Origin: Gammaproteobacteria bacterium
Lineage (GTDB): Bacteria > Pseudomonadota > Gammaproteobacteria > UBA4575
Direction: 5' to 3'
Assembly: GCA_965215055.1 (NCBI GenBank)
Contig: OZ244046.1
Location: forward strand, 1,199,202-1,263,201
DNA: 64,000 nt
Shown here: positions 55,053 through 64,000 of the stretch, one piece after another
Numbering within the stretch: position 1 is the first letter of the stretch
Layout of the letters: each line of letters opens with the position of its first letter
The notes under the pieces: model-generated
Databases searched by the model: none
What the model was told of the DNA's origin: nothing
Seen by the model: the letters and a program-made list of their open reading frames with translations, nothing else
Program-made: the position numbers and the translations under genes

Positions 55053-55474
55053 TTCTTGGCTACTGGTAATTGATCATTGATCCAGGCATTCATTCCACCT
55101 TTGAGGTTGTATACCTTGGTATAGTTATTTTTCAATAGCAGTTTGCAAGCCCCTGCCGAGCGATTACCCATTTTACAGAACACCAGTACAGGTTTGTCTT
55201 TGTCTTTGGATAAATTATTTGCTTTTTGTGGCAAGGCACTGATAGCCACGTGTTTTGCGTCGATGATGCTACCCTGACCGCGTTCGCTTGCTTCGCGCAC
55301 GTCCAGAACCATCGCCTCTTCCCTGTTGATAAGCATCACGGCTTCTGTAGGAGTAATTGTCTTGTAGCCTTGTGTAAAACGGCGTAGTTCGGTGAAGACA
55401 ATCAAAGCGATCACCGCAGACAAGGCAATAAACAAAAGATAGTTTCTGCCGGCAAAATCGATAAATTCTTCCAT
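55049..55474 (-). CDS. rhodanese-domain sulfurtransferase (membrane-anchored)
   Basis: 141 aa. N-terminal TM segment and a rhodanese active-site loop CKMGNRS. Confidence 0.8.
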   Translation of the reverse strand: MEEFIDFAGRNYLLFIALSAVIALIVFTELRRFTQGYKTITPTEAVMLINREEAMVLDVREASERGQGSIIDAKHVAISALPQKANNLSKDKDKPVLVFCKMGNRSAGACKLLLKNNYTKVYNLKGGMNAWINDQLPVAKK

Positions 55475-55556
55475 CTGGTCGTCGCCTTGAATTAAAGACG
55501 GGCAGTCATACGAGTTTCGTCAGAATTGAATGCTACAGCGGCGAAAAATGTGGTGA

Positions 55557-55877
55557 TCAGGTATTATGCGAGGAACAGAAAACCTGCTGCATCATTTTAA
55601 TCAATTGCAGAGTGCGACTGTCTCCTACACGATAATACACGCGATTGGCGTCTTTACGGGAAGCCAAGATACCTTTATCACGCAGTATGGCCAAATGCTG
55701 AGAGATATTGCTTTGTGAAGTGCCCACGTTGCCGACTATGTCCTGCACGCTGACTTCACGCTCGCCCAGTATGCATAGAATTTTTAACCGCAAGGGATGC
55801 GACATGGCTTTCAAAGATCTGGAAGCCCGTTCGATATCCTCCGTTCGTTTGATAAGTTCTTCTGCGCCTACGTCCAT
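55557..55877 (-). CDS. ArsR/SmtB-family transcriptional regulator
   Basis: 106-aa winged-HTH protein (…LRLKILCIL…VQDIVGNVGTSQSNISQHLAILRDKG…). Confidence 0.75.
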   Translation of the reverse strand: MDVGAEELIKRTEDIERASRSLKAMSHPLRLKILCILGEREVSVQDIVGNVGTSQSNISQHLAILRDKGILASRKDANRVYYRVGDSRTLQLIKMMQQVFCSSHNT

Positions 55878-55936
55878 TGCAAAACCTCTGTAGCTTTCAT
55901 GCCATTCATACTCAATAGTATCGACTAATATTATAA

Positions 55937-57190
55937 ATGTCTAATATATTGATAAAGTGGTTGTATCATGAATATAAAGGCAATATCCCGTCCGTGAAAA
56001 CATTTGATCATAAAATATGGCCGGCATTAGTCGGCATGCTTTTTGTCTTGTTATTGAGCACCACCGGTACTTCAGCAACGCCCCCATCCCAGCAAGAGGC
56101 GGAACGCAAGCTGGCAAGCGTTCAAGCCCAAATTCAAAAGGTCCAACGCAAGCTCGATGAGGATCGTGGTGAATACGGCAAAATGGAAAGAGAACTACGC
56201 GAAACCGAACGACTTATTGGACAGATCGACCGACGACTTGATGATGCTGAAACGGGACTGCAAAACAGCCGACAACGAATTCAGGGGTTGAAAACACAGC
56301 AACAGCAACTGCTGCAACAGTTATCAAGGCATCGTGGCATTTTGCGCACGCAGGCGAGAGCCGAATATTTGTATAGCGGCCAGGAAAAGCTGAAACTGTT
56401 GCTCAACCAGCAGGATCCGGTAATGATAAGTCGAATGCTCGTCTATTACGATTATCTTCATCGTGCAAGGACACGGGAGATGGAAGAGGCCAGAAAAGTT
56501 TTACGGTCGATAAACCAAGTGCAGGATGAGATTCTGGAGCAGCAGGATTTGACCATCAAGTCTCAAAACAAATTGTTGCATGAAAAACGGCAACTGCAAC
56601 AGCAGCAACAAAAGAAAGAGTCTGTACTTGCCAAGTTAAGTGCCAGTGTTTCTGCCGAGCAAGTCAAGCTGACTTATCTTGAGAAAGATGAACAGCAACT
56701 GAGGGAGCTGATTAGAAATTTACAGAAAGCATTGGTCGGTATTGCGGATATAGACCCGAAAAAGGAGTTTCGCGAGTCTAAAGGCAAGCTTTTTTGGCCG
56801 GTTGTCGGCAAACCCAATAACCGGTTTGGGCAACGGCGTAGCGAGGCGTACAGCAAGCTAAACTGGCAGGGAGTGTTTATTCCAAGCAATGCTGGCAATA
56901 ATGTGCGCAGCATTTTCCACGGCCGTGTTGTTTTTGCTGAATGGATGCGCGGTTTTGGCTTATTGATTATCATTGATCATGGTGACAACTACATGAGTCT
57001 GTACGGCCACAACCAGAGCCTCTATAAAAAACCGGGAGAATGGGTGGATGCCGGCGAGCGTATCGCCAAGGTAGGAAATAGTGGTGGAAACACGCGCACC
57101 GGCTTATATTTCGAGATTCGCAAGCAGGGCGAGCCGATAAACCCGGGCATATGGTGTGTTAAACCGGTGCCCGTATCACGCCTGGACTAA
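55937..57190 (+). CDS. envC: murein hydrolase activator EnvC-like (coiled-coil + LytM/M23 domain)
   Basis: Long Q/L-rich coiled coil followed by a C-terminal M23 domain (…IIIDHGDNYMSLYGHN…). The start is uncertain and could be the internal Met at 56036. Confidence 0.75.
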   Translation: MSNILIKWLYHEYKGNIPSVKTFDHKIWPALVGMLFVLLLSTTGTSATPPSQQEAERKLASVQAQIQKVQRKLDEDRGEYGKMERELRETERLIGQIDRRLDDAETGLQNSRQRIQGLKTQQQQLLQQLSRHRGILRTQARAEYLYSGQEKLKLLLNQQDPVMISRMLVYYDYLHRARTREMEEARKVLRSINQVQDEILEQQDLTIKSQNKLLHEKRQLQQQQQKKESVLAKLSASVSAEQVKLTYLEKDEQQLRELIRNLQKALVGIADIDPKKEFRESKGKLFWPVVGKPNNRFGQRRSEAYSKLNWQGVFIPSNAGNNVRSIFHGRVVFAEWMRGFGLLIIIDHGDNYMSLYGHNQSLYKKPGEWVDAGERIAKVGNSGGNTRTGLYFEIRKQGEPINPGIWCVKPVPVSRLD

Positions 57191-57356
57191 TTTTGAAACT
57201 GTTATCAGTGACTAACTGCCGTCGGTTCTGCATAAGCATCTGAATCCACATATAATGCAAAAATTGCACGCCGGAAGCCGGTTGCAGAAAATGTACTTGA
57301 AGAGGGGTCAAACATATTGCGTGTAGCTGGTTCTTTCATAGTGGAGCCATGGTTCA

Positions 57357-58706
57357 ATGGAAAACTCAAAATCAAGAAGAAATGTTATGAAATATAAACA
57401 CTTGTCGAGAGCCGGAATAACGTGGGGAATAGTGCTGAGCCTTGTACTGGTCTTGACCCACGTCGTATGGGCTAACAAGCAGGCCGCACTGCCGCTTGAA
57501 GACCTGCGTACTTTTACGGAGGTGTATGCGCGCATCAAGCAGGATTATGTAATTGAGGTTGACGACAGCAAGCTTTTGGAGAATGCCATTCGTGGCATGT
57601 TGACCGGCCTCGACCCGCATTCATCTTTTTTGGATGAAGAACAGTTTCGCGAGCTCCAGGTCGGTACTTCCGGTGAATTTGGAGGGCTGGGTATCGAGGT
57701 CGGAATAGAGCATGGCCTGATTAAAGTCATTGCCCCTATAGACGATACGCCTGCCCAGCGAGCCGGCGTGCAGGCAGGCGATTTAATTATCGAACTGGAC
57801 GGAAAATCAGCGAAAGGAATGACCCTGGGAAAAGCCGTCAAAATGATGCGAGGAGAGAAGGGTTCGAAAATCAACCTGACGATTATGCGTGAAGGTGAAA
57901 CAGAACCCTTAAATATAACGATTACTCGTGACGTGATTCGCGTACGTAGTGTAAAAAGCCGCATACTTGAGCCGGGCTTTGGCTACGTGCGTATTTCCAA
58001 CTTTCAATCCAAAACTACCCGTGGATTGCTGAATGCCATTAAGCGTATGAAAAAGCAGAACAAGGGTGACCTGCAGGGATTGATACTGGATTTGCGCAAT
58101 AATCCGGGGGGCATATTAAATGGAGCAGTTGGGGTCTCGGACGTATTTCTCCAGGATAACGCTTTGATCGTGTATACCGAAGGGCGTGTGCAAGGTTCAG
58201 AGTTGAAATATTCTGCCAGCACGGGCGATTCCTTGCGTGGCGCGCCACTGGTCATCCTGATTAACCAGGGGTCGGCATCAGCATCGGAAATTGTCGCCGG
58301 TGCAATGCAGGACCACGACCGCGCGACGGTTATGGGTACCAAGTCTTTTGGCAAGGGTTCAGTGCAGACTATTTTGCCAATGAAAGACAACACTGCGTTG
58401 AAATTGACTACTGCGCGTTACTATACTCCTTCGGGAAGATCGATCCAAAGCGAAGGAATCGTTCCCGATATTTTTCTACAGGAAGCCAGTGACGCCAGCG
58501 ATGAAAACAAAAGCGTAGCGGAGATGTCCGAGGCAAACTTGGCGGGCCGGCTTGAAAATGAGAATAAGGATGATGCCAAGGTAAGAAGACCGAAATCAAT
58601 TGTAACGATCCCTAAAGCCGAAAAAGACGACACTACCGATTATACGCTGGAAGAGGCGCTTAAAGTCTTAAAAGGCATGTCTTATAAAAACAAAACTACT
58701 ACCTAG
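57357..58706 (+). CDS. ctpA: carboxy-terminal processing protease (S41 family)
   Basis: PDZ domain plus S41 catalytic domain (GSASASEI…TKSFGKGSVQT). The start may be the Met at 57387, which is followed by a signal peptide. Confidence 0.9.
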   Translation: MENSKSRRNVMKYKHLSRAGITWGIVLSLVLVLTHVVWANKQAALPLEDLRTFTEVYARIKQDYVIEVDDSKLLENAIRGMLTGLDPHSSFLDEEQFRELQVGTSGEFGGLGIEVGIEHGLIKVIAPIDDTPAQRAGVQAGDLIIELDGKSAKGMTLGKAVKMMRGEKGSKINLTIMREGETEPLNITITRDVIRVRSVKSRILEPGFGYVRISNFQSKTTRGLLNAIKRMKKQNKGDLQGLILDLRNNPGGILNGAVGVSDVFLQDNALIVYTEGRVQGSELKYSASTGDSLRGAPLVILINQGSASASEIVAGAMQDHDRATVMGTKSFGKGSVQTILPMKDNTALKLTTARYYTPSGRSIQSEGIVPDIFLQEASDASDENKSVAEMSEANLAGRLENENKDDAKVRRPKSIVTIPKAEKDDTTDYTLEEALKVLKGMSYKNKTTT

Positions 58707-58775
58707 TTAATCAGAAGCGCAATTTGTATAAGTCCGTTCCCGTCTGCCAAGCAGGCAGAAATTAAATGCTAGTGC

Positions 58776-58973
58776 TTGTGGATGAAAGAAGAAGTTACAA
58801 TTGAATACTGCAATCATTGCGGAAGAGTTGTTTCTTATGGCTCTGGACTCTATGTTAATCGAGTACCGGATTTTAATGACGTAACGACAAGAGTCGATAA
58901 CGGATTGCAGTTCCCATTGGGAGATTTCGTGTGTGGAGAATGTGATGGGAAGAATAGTGATGTCGAATATTGA
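58776..58973 (+). CDS. small zinc-ribbon protein (CxxC…CxxC)
   Basis: 65 aa with CNHCGR…CGECDG. Whether it is a real gene is uncertain. Confidence 0.4.
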   Translation: MWMKEEVTIEYCNHCGRVVSYGSGLYVNRVPDFNDVTTRVDNGLQFPLGDFVCGECDGKNSDVEY

Positions 58974-58984
58974 TAACGTTGATA

Positions 58985-59833
58985 TCACTCCAGTCTCATC
59001 GAGAAATCTACGGCCTGTATGTTTTTGGTGATCGCGCCTATCGAAATAAAATGTACGCCTGTTTTGGCAGTTTCACGTATATTTTCCAGTGTGATATTGC
59101 CGGAGGTCTCCAGTTTTTTTCTGTTGTTGTTCATATCTACCGCGGCTTGTAGTTCTGACAGCGAGAAGTTATCCACCAGGATGGTATCTACCTCCGTTGA
59201 CAAGGCCTCTTCAAGTTGCTGACTCGATTCTACTTCAACTTCCAGTTTCAGCGCAGGATATTTTTGCTTTGCCAGGGCAACAGCCTTGGTGACCGAGCCC
59301 GCTACCGCGATATGGTTTTCCTTGATTAGGACTACGTCGTACAGGCCCATGCGATGATTCATGCCGCCACCGCATGACACGGCATATTTTTGCGCATAGC
59401 GCATCCCAGGAAGTGTTTTGCGCGTATCCAGAATTTGAGCGGCTGTGCCTGCTATTTGGTCCACGTACGTGCGAGTGAGCGTTGCTGTCGCCGATAAGGT
59501 TTGCAGGAAATTCAATGCGGTTCGTTCTCCATTAAGCAGTGCCTGTGCCACGCCTTGCAAGGTACAAACGGTTGCATCTTTTGCTACTGTATCGCCGTCT
59601 TGCAGCAGCCAGTTGATCTCTACCTTTGTGTCAAGTTGATAGAAGGTTTCATTAAACCAGTCTTGACCACATAAAACCGCCTGTTCACGGCATATCACCT
59701 TTGCTTTAGCGGTTTGATTGGAACTGAACAGCGCGGTAGTTACATCACCGTCACCGATGTCTTCTTGAAGGGCAACGCGTACCGCACGTTCAATGGCTTG
59801 CAAGGCGTCTTTGCCATGAGGTTTTGCATTCAT
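58985..59833 (-). CDS. nadC: nicotinate-nucleotide pyrophosphorylase (quinolinate phosphoribosyltransferase)
   Basis: 282 aa NadC (…DIGDGDVTT…, …HRMGLYD…). Confidence 0.9.
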   Translation of the reverse strand: MNAKPHGKDALQAIERAVRVALQEDIGDGDVTTALFSSNQTAKAKVICREQAVLCGQDWFNETFYQLDTKVEINWLLQDGDTVAKDATVCTLQGVAQALLNGERTALNFLQTLSATATLTRTYVDQIAGTAAQILDTRKTLPGMRYAQKYAVSCGGGMNHRMGLYDVVLIKENHIAVAGSVTKAVALAKQKYPALKLEVEVESSQQLEEALSTEVDTILVDNFSLSELQAAVDMNNNRKKLETSGNITLENIRETAKTGVHFISIGAITKNIQAVDFSMRLE

Positions 59834-59860
59834 TCCTCGGTTTCAAGCGGATAAGGTACG

Positions 59861-61198
59861 TTACTGTTGTCTGTTTAGATATTCTCTGGTGACTTTGAAG
59901 ATCACTGGACTCAATAGTGCGAGGGCGATCAGGTTCGGCACGGCCATGAACCCGTTCATCACGTCTGCAAGCAGCCAGACAAGGTCGAGCTTGATCAGTG
60001 CACCCGCCAGAATCGCGACAACCCATAATATTCTGTATGGAGTAATCGCCGCCACGCCAAAAATAAATTCCGCGCAACGTTCCCCGTAATAGCTCCAGCC
60101 CAACATGGTAGTGAAGGCAAACACTACCAACCCAAATGTTATGATGTAGTTTCCTCCACTCAGACCCTCACCGTAAGCCAGTGAGGAAAGTGCCGCGCCA
60201 GTTTCACCGCTGGTCCATGCGCCGGTTAATAAAATTACCAGTGCAGTCATGGTACAAATGATGATCGTATCAATAAAGGTTCCCAGCATTCCAATCATGC
60301 CTTGGCGTACGGGATCATTCGTCTGTGCGGCCGCGTGCGCGATTGGTGCGCTACCTAATCCCGATTCATTTGAAAATACCCCGCGCGCGACGCCGAAGCG
60401 GATGGCGGCCCAAACAGCCGCACCGGCAAAGCCGCCCGTTGCTGCAGTACTGCTGAAGGCGCTTGTGAATATCAGGCTGATGGCACCACCAATTTGACTA
60501 AAGTTTGCAAGAATTACGATCAGTGAACCGACCACGTAGGCAATGGCCATAATGGGTACCAGTTTGCCGGCAACCTCCCCAATTCGTTTAATACCGCCCA
60601 GAATGACCAAGCCTACGAGTACTGCAAGTACGATGCCTGTCACCAGGGGATGGACATCGAAATTTGACCGTAGCGCGTCAGTTACGGAATTTGACTGTAC
60701 CATGTTGCCTATGCCAAATGCTGCTATGGTTCCAAACAGCGCAAATAAGAAACCCAGCCATTTCCAGTTGTCACCAAGACCGTTTTTGATGTAGTACATG
60801 GGACCGCCTACCCGCTTGCCACGCGCGTCGGTTTCCCGATATTTCACCGCCAGCACTGCCTCACCATACTTTGTCGCCATGCCGAACAAGGCTGTTATCC
60901 ACATCCAGAACACCGCACCTGGTCCGCCCAGGAAAATCGCCGTAGCAACGCCTGCAATATTACCGGTGCCTATGGTTGCCGACAGTGCGGTCATCAACGC
61001 TTGAAAAGGACTGATTTCTCCCTGTTCTCTATCGGCCTGACCAGATAAGAGCAGCTTGAATCCATGGCCAATTTTTTGCCATGGCATGAGCTTTAACCCA
61101 ATGGTGAGATAAACACCTACACCAAGGAGCAAAGTCAGCATGACGGGGCCCCAAATAAAACCGCTTAGTCGATTCAAAAACTCAGTCAGTATTTCCAT
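59861..61198 (-). CDS. sodium:alanine symporter family (AGCS) transporter
   Basis: 445-aa polytopic protein with AGCS-family signatures (…GGPGAVFWMW…). Confidence 0.85.
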   Translation of the reverse strand: MEILTEFLNRLSGFIWGPVMLTLLLGVGVYLTIGLKLMPWQKIGHGFKLLLSGQADREQGEISPFQALMTALSATIGTGNIAGVATAIFLGGPGAVFWMWITALFGMATKYGEAVLAVKYRETDARGKRVGGPMYYIKNGLGDNWKWLGFLFALFGTIAAFGIGNMVQSNSVTDALRSNFDVHPLVTGIVLAVLVGLVILGGIKRIGEVAGKLVPIMAIAYVVGSLIVILANFSQIGGAISLIFTSAFSSTAATGGFAGAAVWAAIRFGVARGVFSNESGLGSAPIAHAAAQTNDPVRQGMIGMLGTFIDTIIICTMTALVILLTGAWTSGETGAALSSLAYGEGLSGGNYIITFGLVVFAFTTMLGWSYYGERCAEFIFGVAAITPYRILWVVAILAGALIKLDLVWLLADVMNGFMAVPNLIALALLSPVIFKVTREYLNRQQ

Positions 61199-61375
61199 TG
61201 GTACCCCTCAAAAAATTATTTGAACGCAATGAATGTCAGGTTTGTAAGAGAAACGCTTGCTCTTGTTTCAAGATGAGATGACTGATAGGAGTTATTTATT
61301 GTAAATACAGCCCGACCGTCTTTCAATTAGACGGCATCAAGCAGTAATGCTATTCTGAAATAAAAGGAATAGCGA

Positions 61376-62389
61376 ATGTTTTCTGCTGCATCCTCTCCCA
61401 ATTTACACTCGCCTGACAATCGATTTCATATACAGCAATTATCCTCCCAGAGTTCAATTCAGACACTGGAGCAGGATGTTCGCGCTGGCCTGTTGACTGC
61501 GCCACGCAGCCTGCCGCCCAAGTATTTTTATGATGATGAAGGCTCAAGGCTTTTCAATGCTATCTGTGAGACCGAGGAATACTATCCCGCACGCACTGAA
61601 TTCGCGTTACTTACACGACATGCAGAAGAAATCATTGAAATTGCACAACCGCAAACGTGTATTGAGCTTGGGGCAGGTGCCTCGACGAAAACGGAAATCC
61701 TGTTATCTGGTTTGAGTACAAATGCCGGATTACATACCTACGTCACTATTGACGTGTGCCGTGAGATTCTTGTCGAGTCTGCATACCGCCTGTTAAAGAC
61801 GTATCCGAATCTGCGGATCCGCTCCGTAGTAGGCGACTATCTGCCGGCCATTCATGCGCTTCCTGCATTGGATGGGCCTGTGCTGTATATTTTCATCGGC
61901 AGTTCCATCGGCAACTTTACCGAACAGGAAGCGATTGCGTTACTGGCCGAAGTTGCGCAAAGAATGGGTCCCGATGACCACTTTTTGGTAGGTTTTGACC
62001 GCGTTAAAGACAGGCATATCCTCGAAAAAGCCTACAATGATCTTGCAGGGATTACCTCGAAGTTCAATCTGAACGTATTAAAAGTGCTGAACAATAAATT
62101 ACACACTGATTTCAACCTTGAGCAATTTTATCACCAGGCAATTTATAACGAAAAAGATGAGCAAATTGAAATGTACCTTGTCTCGAAGCAGCCGCAAACC
62201 GTTTGTTTTTCAGCCTTGAATAAAACTATTTACCTACAGAAAAATGAAAGAATACTTACTGAAATCAGCTGTAAGTATACCAAATCATCTATACGGCAGC
62301 TGCTTGCCAACAGCGGGCTGGTGGAACAGGCACATTTTGAACCGGCCAACGAGTATTTCTCGCTTATTTTGGCCAAACGGACGCATTGA
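61376..62389 (+). CDS. EgtD-like L-histidine N-alpha-methyltransferase family protein
   Basis: 337 aa. YFYDDEGSRLFNAICETEEYYPARTE matches the EgtD/Methyltransf_33 N-terminal signature. SAM motif ELGAGAS. No egtB or other ergothioneine genes are adjacent. Confidence 0.7.
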   Translation: MFSAASSPNLHSPDNRFHIQQLSSQSSIQTLEQDVRAGLLTAPRSLPPKYFYDDEGSRLFNAICETEEYYPARTEFALLTRHAEEIIEIAQPQTCIELGAGASTKTEILLSGLSTNAGLHTYVTIDVCREILVESAYRLLKTYPNLRIRSVVGDYLPAIHALPALDGPVLYIFIGSSIGNFTEQEAIALLAEVAQRMGPDDHFLVGFDRVKDRHILEKAYNDLAGITSKFNLNVLKVLNNKLHTDFNLEQFYHQAIYNEKDEQIEMYLVSKQPQTVCFSALNKTIYLQKNERILTEISCKYTKSSIRQLLANSGLVEQAHFEPANEYFSLILAKRTH

Positions 62390-62434
62390 CTAATAATAGG
62401 ATGAGATTCCGAATATGAACGCGAATGGGCGAGG

Positions 62435-63337
62435 CTATGACATCAAATTTTCCAGCAGGGCTTTTTGCGTATGCAGGCGGTTTTCAGCTGCGTCCCACGC
62501 TACGCTTTGCGTACCGTTCAGCACGCCATCGGTAACCTCTTCGTCGCGATGCGCCGGCAGGCAGTGCATGAACAAGGCATCTTTGTCAGCGTGAGCCAGC
62601 AGCGATTCATTTACCTGATAGGGCCTGAAGACTTTTTCTCTTTCATGTCGTTCTTGCTCCCGGCCCATGCTGGCCCAAACGTCCGTAACGACCAAGTCGG
62701 CGTTGTGAACGGCTGCTTTCGGATCGTGCAATAATGAAACCCTGTCTTTTGCCTGGGCCACGATGTCTTCATGCGGACTGTATTGCCGGGGACAGGCGAC
62801 GTTCAGGTGGAAACTGAACTGCCGCGCGGCGTTGATATAGGAATGACACATGTTGTTGCCGTCTCCAATCCAGGCCACCGTAGCACCTTTGATTTCACCT
62901 CGATGTTCACGCCAAGTTTGAATATCTGCCAGCAATTGACAGGGGTGATATAAATCCGTCAATCCATTGATCACCGGTACGGAAGAATTGGCAGCAAAGG
63001 TTTCCAGGCTCGCGTGATCAAAGGTTCTTATCATCACGGCATCAACCATGCGCGACAGCACGCGGGCACTGTCTTCAATGGGCTCGCCGCGTCCGAGCTG
63101 CGTGTCACGCGGAGACAGAAAAATTGCGTGTCCACCCAGTTGAACCATGCCGGTTTCAAAAGATACCCGCGTGCGAGTGGAGGATTTATCAAAGATCATT
63201 GCCAGCGTTTTATTTTGCAGAGGGGTATAAAGCTCGCCTTGCTGTAAACGCTTTTTCAATTCGATCGCATGCGCCAGCAATTCTTCAAGTTCAGCAGGAG
63301 TGAAATCAAGCAGGGTCAGAAAATGGCGAACACTCAT
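62435..63337 (-). CDS. argF: ornithine carbamoyltransferase
   Basis: Start at [17 protein letters not shown] carbamoyl-phosphate motif and HCLP ornithine-binding motif. Confidence 0.9.
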   Translation of the reverse strand: MSVRHFLTLLDFTPAELEELLAHAIELKKRLQQGELYTPLQNKTLAMIFDKSSTRTRVSFETGMVQLGGHAIFLSPRDTQLGRGEPIEDSARVLSRMVDAVMIRTFDHASLETFAANSSVPVINGLTDLYHPCQLLADIQTWREHRGEIKGATVAWIGDGNNMCHSYINAARQFSFHLNVACPRQYSPHEDIVAQAKDRVSLLHDPKAAVHNADLVVTDVWASMGREQERHEREKVFRPYQVNESLLAHADKDALFMHCLPAHRDEEVTDGVLNGTQSVAWDAAENRLHTQKALLENLMS

Positions 63338-63341
63338 TTGA

Positions 63342-64000
63342 CTACCCGTGCAATGCTGTGAACTCATGTACGCTATCGACAATGGTATTTACGATAGTGT
63401 CTGCATGTTCCATTTCTATTATCAACGGTGGCAGCAGTCGTATCACGAAGTCGGCAGTTACATTGATCAGAAGTCCATGTTTCAGACATATATCTACCAT
63501 CTGGTTGCATGGAAGAGTAAACTCTATGCCGATCATCAGCCCCTTGCCGCGTATTTCCTTGACGTGTTTGCAGTCGGAAAGCCGCGTGTGCAAATTTTTC
63601 ATTATCCATGTACCAAGATGAGCAGCATGTTCACGTAAATTTTGTGTCTCGATCGTTTCGAGCGTCGCCAAAGCAGCGCGACAGGCAAGTGGATTACCGC
63701 CAAAAGTGGAGCCGTGTGACCCAAGTGTAAATAATTCCGCTACATGTCTTTTTGCCAAGCATACGCCCATGGGGACGCCATTTGCCAAGCCTTTGGCCGT
63801 TACTACGACGTCGGGCTGGATGTTTTCATGCTGAAAACAGAACCACTTTCCGGTTCGACCATTGCCGGTCTGCACTTCATCCAGCATCAGCAGGACTTCA
63901 TGTCTGTCGCATAGCTCGCGCAGCTTCAATAGATATCCCTGTGCGGGGACATTGACTCCGGCTTCGCCCTGGATAGGCTCAACCAGCATGGCGGCAATAT
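63342..64000 (-). CDS. argD: acetylornithine aminotransferase (5'-truncated by the window edge)
   Basis: Class-III PLP aminotransferase C-terminal half (…[15 protein letters not shown]…TAKGLANG…). The N-terminus lies beyond position 64000. Confidence 0.9.
   Translation of the reverse strand, partial: IAAMLVEPIQGEAGVNVPAQGYLLKLRELCDRHEVLLMLDEVQTGNGRTGKWFCFQHENIQPDVVVTAKGLANGVPMGVCLAKRHVAELFTLGSHGSTFGGNPLACRAALATLETIETQNLREHAAHLGTWIMKNLHTRLSDCKHVKEIRGKGLMIGIEFTLPCNQMVDICLKHGLLINVTADFVIRLLPPLIIEMEHADTIVNTIVDSVHEFTALHG

Overview
This 64-kb window is the chromosomal replication-origin neighbourhood of a gamma-proteobacterium-like genome. Background composition looks mid-range GC by eye. The conserved backbone includes: dnaA-dnaN-gyrB on the minus strand; rpmH-rnpA-yidD-yidC-mnmE-mnmG-rsmG-parA-parB; the complete atpIBEFHAGDC operon; glmU-glmS; thiO/thiS/thiG; trmB; glyQS; glnA-ntrBC; gpsA-secB-grxC; nadC; and argF-argD. 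Most of the window is ordinary core genome. Two stretches look acquired. (1) About 4.9 kb splits the normally adjacent thiS and thiG genes and is bounded by ~100-bp imperfect direct repeats. It carries an AT-rich type II restriction-modification pair. It also carries a tightly packed three-gene module of unknown function, which is my top candidate for an undescribed system. The three genes are a membrane protein with a central coiled-coil/charged region, a small protein with the pyruvoyl-dependent S-adenosylmethionine decarboxylase (SpeH/AdoMetDC) fold, and a ~450-aa protein I cannot place in any family. (2) About 2.2 kb lies between the glmS 3' end (the classical attTn7 position) and the 3' end of a tRNA-Thr gene. 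It carries a solitary, lower-GC DGQHR-domain (DndB-like, ParB/Srx-fold) protein with no dndCDE partners, plus a fatty-acid hydroxylase/sterol desaturase family protein. Other notable features are: a near-perfect parS 16-mer in the gyrB-dnaN spacer; absence of recF between dnaN and gyrB; an orphan small ParA-like ATPase; two ExoIII paralogues; a sigma-54-type promoter ahead of glnA; an orphan EgtD-like methyltransferase; and a class-1 (Cys-type) DHODH-like gene. I found no CRISPR array, transposase or integrase. All coordinates come from manual indexing of the printed sequence, and start codons were adjusted by eye where homologue N-termini or ribosome-binding sites suggested it.
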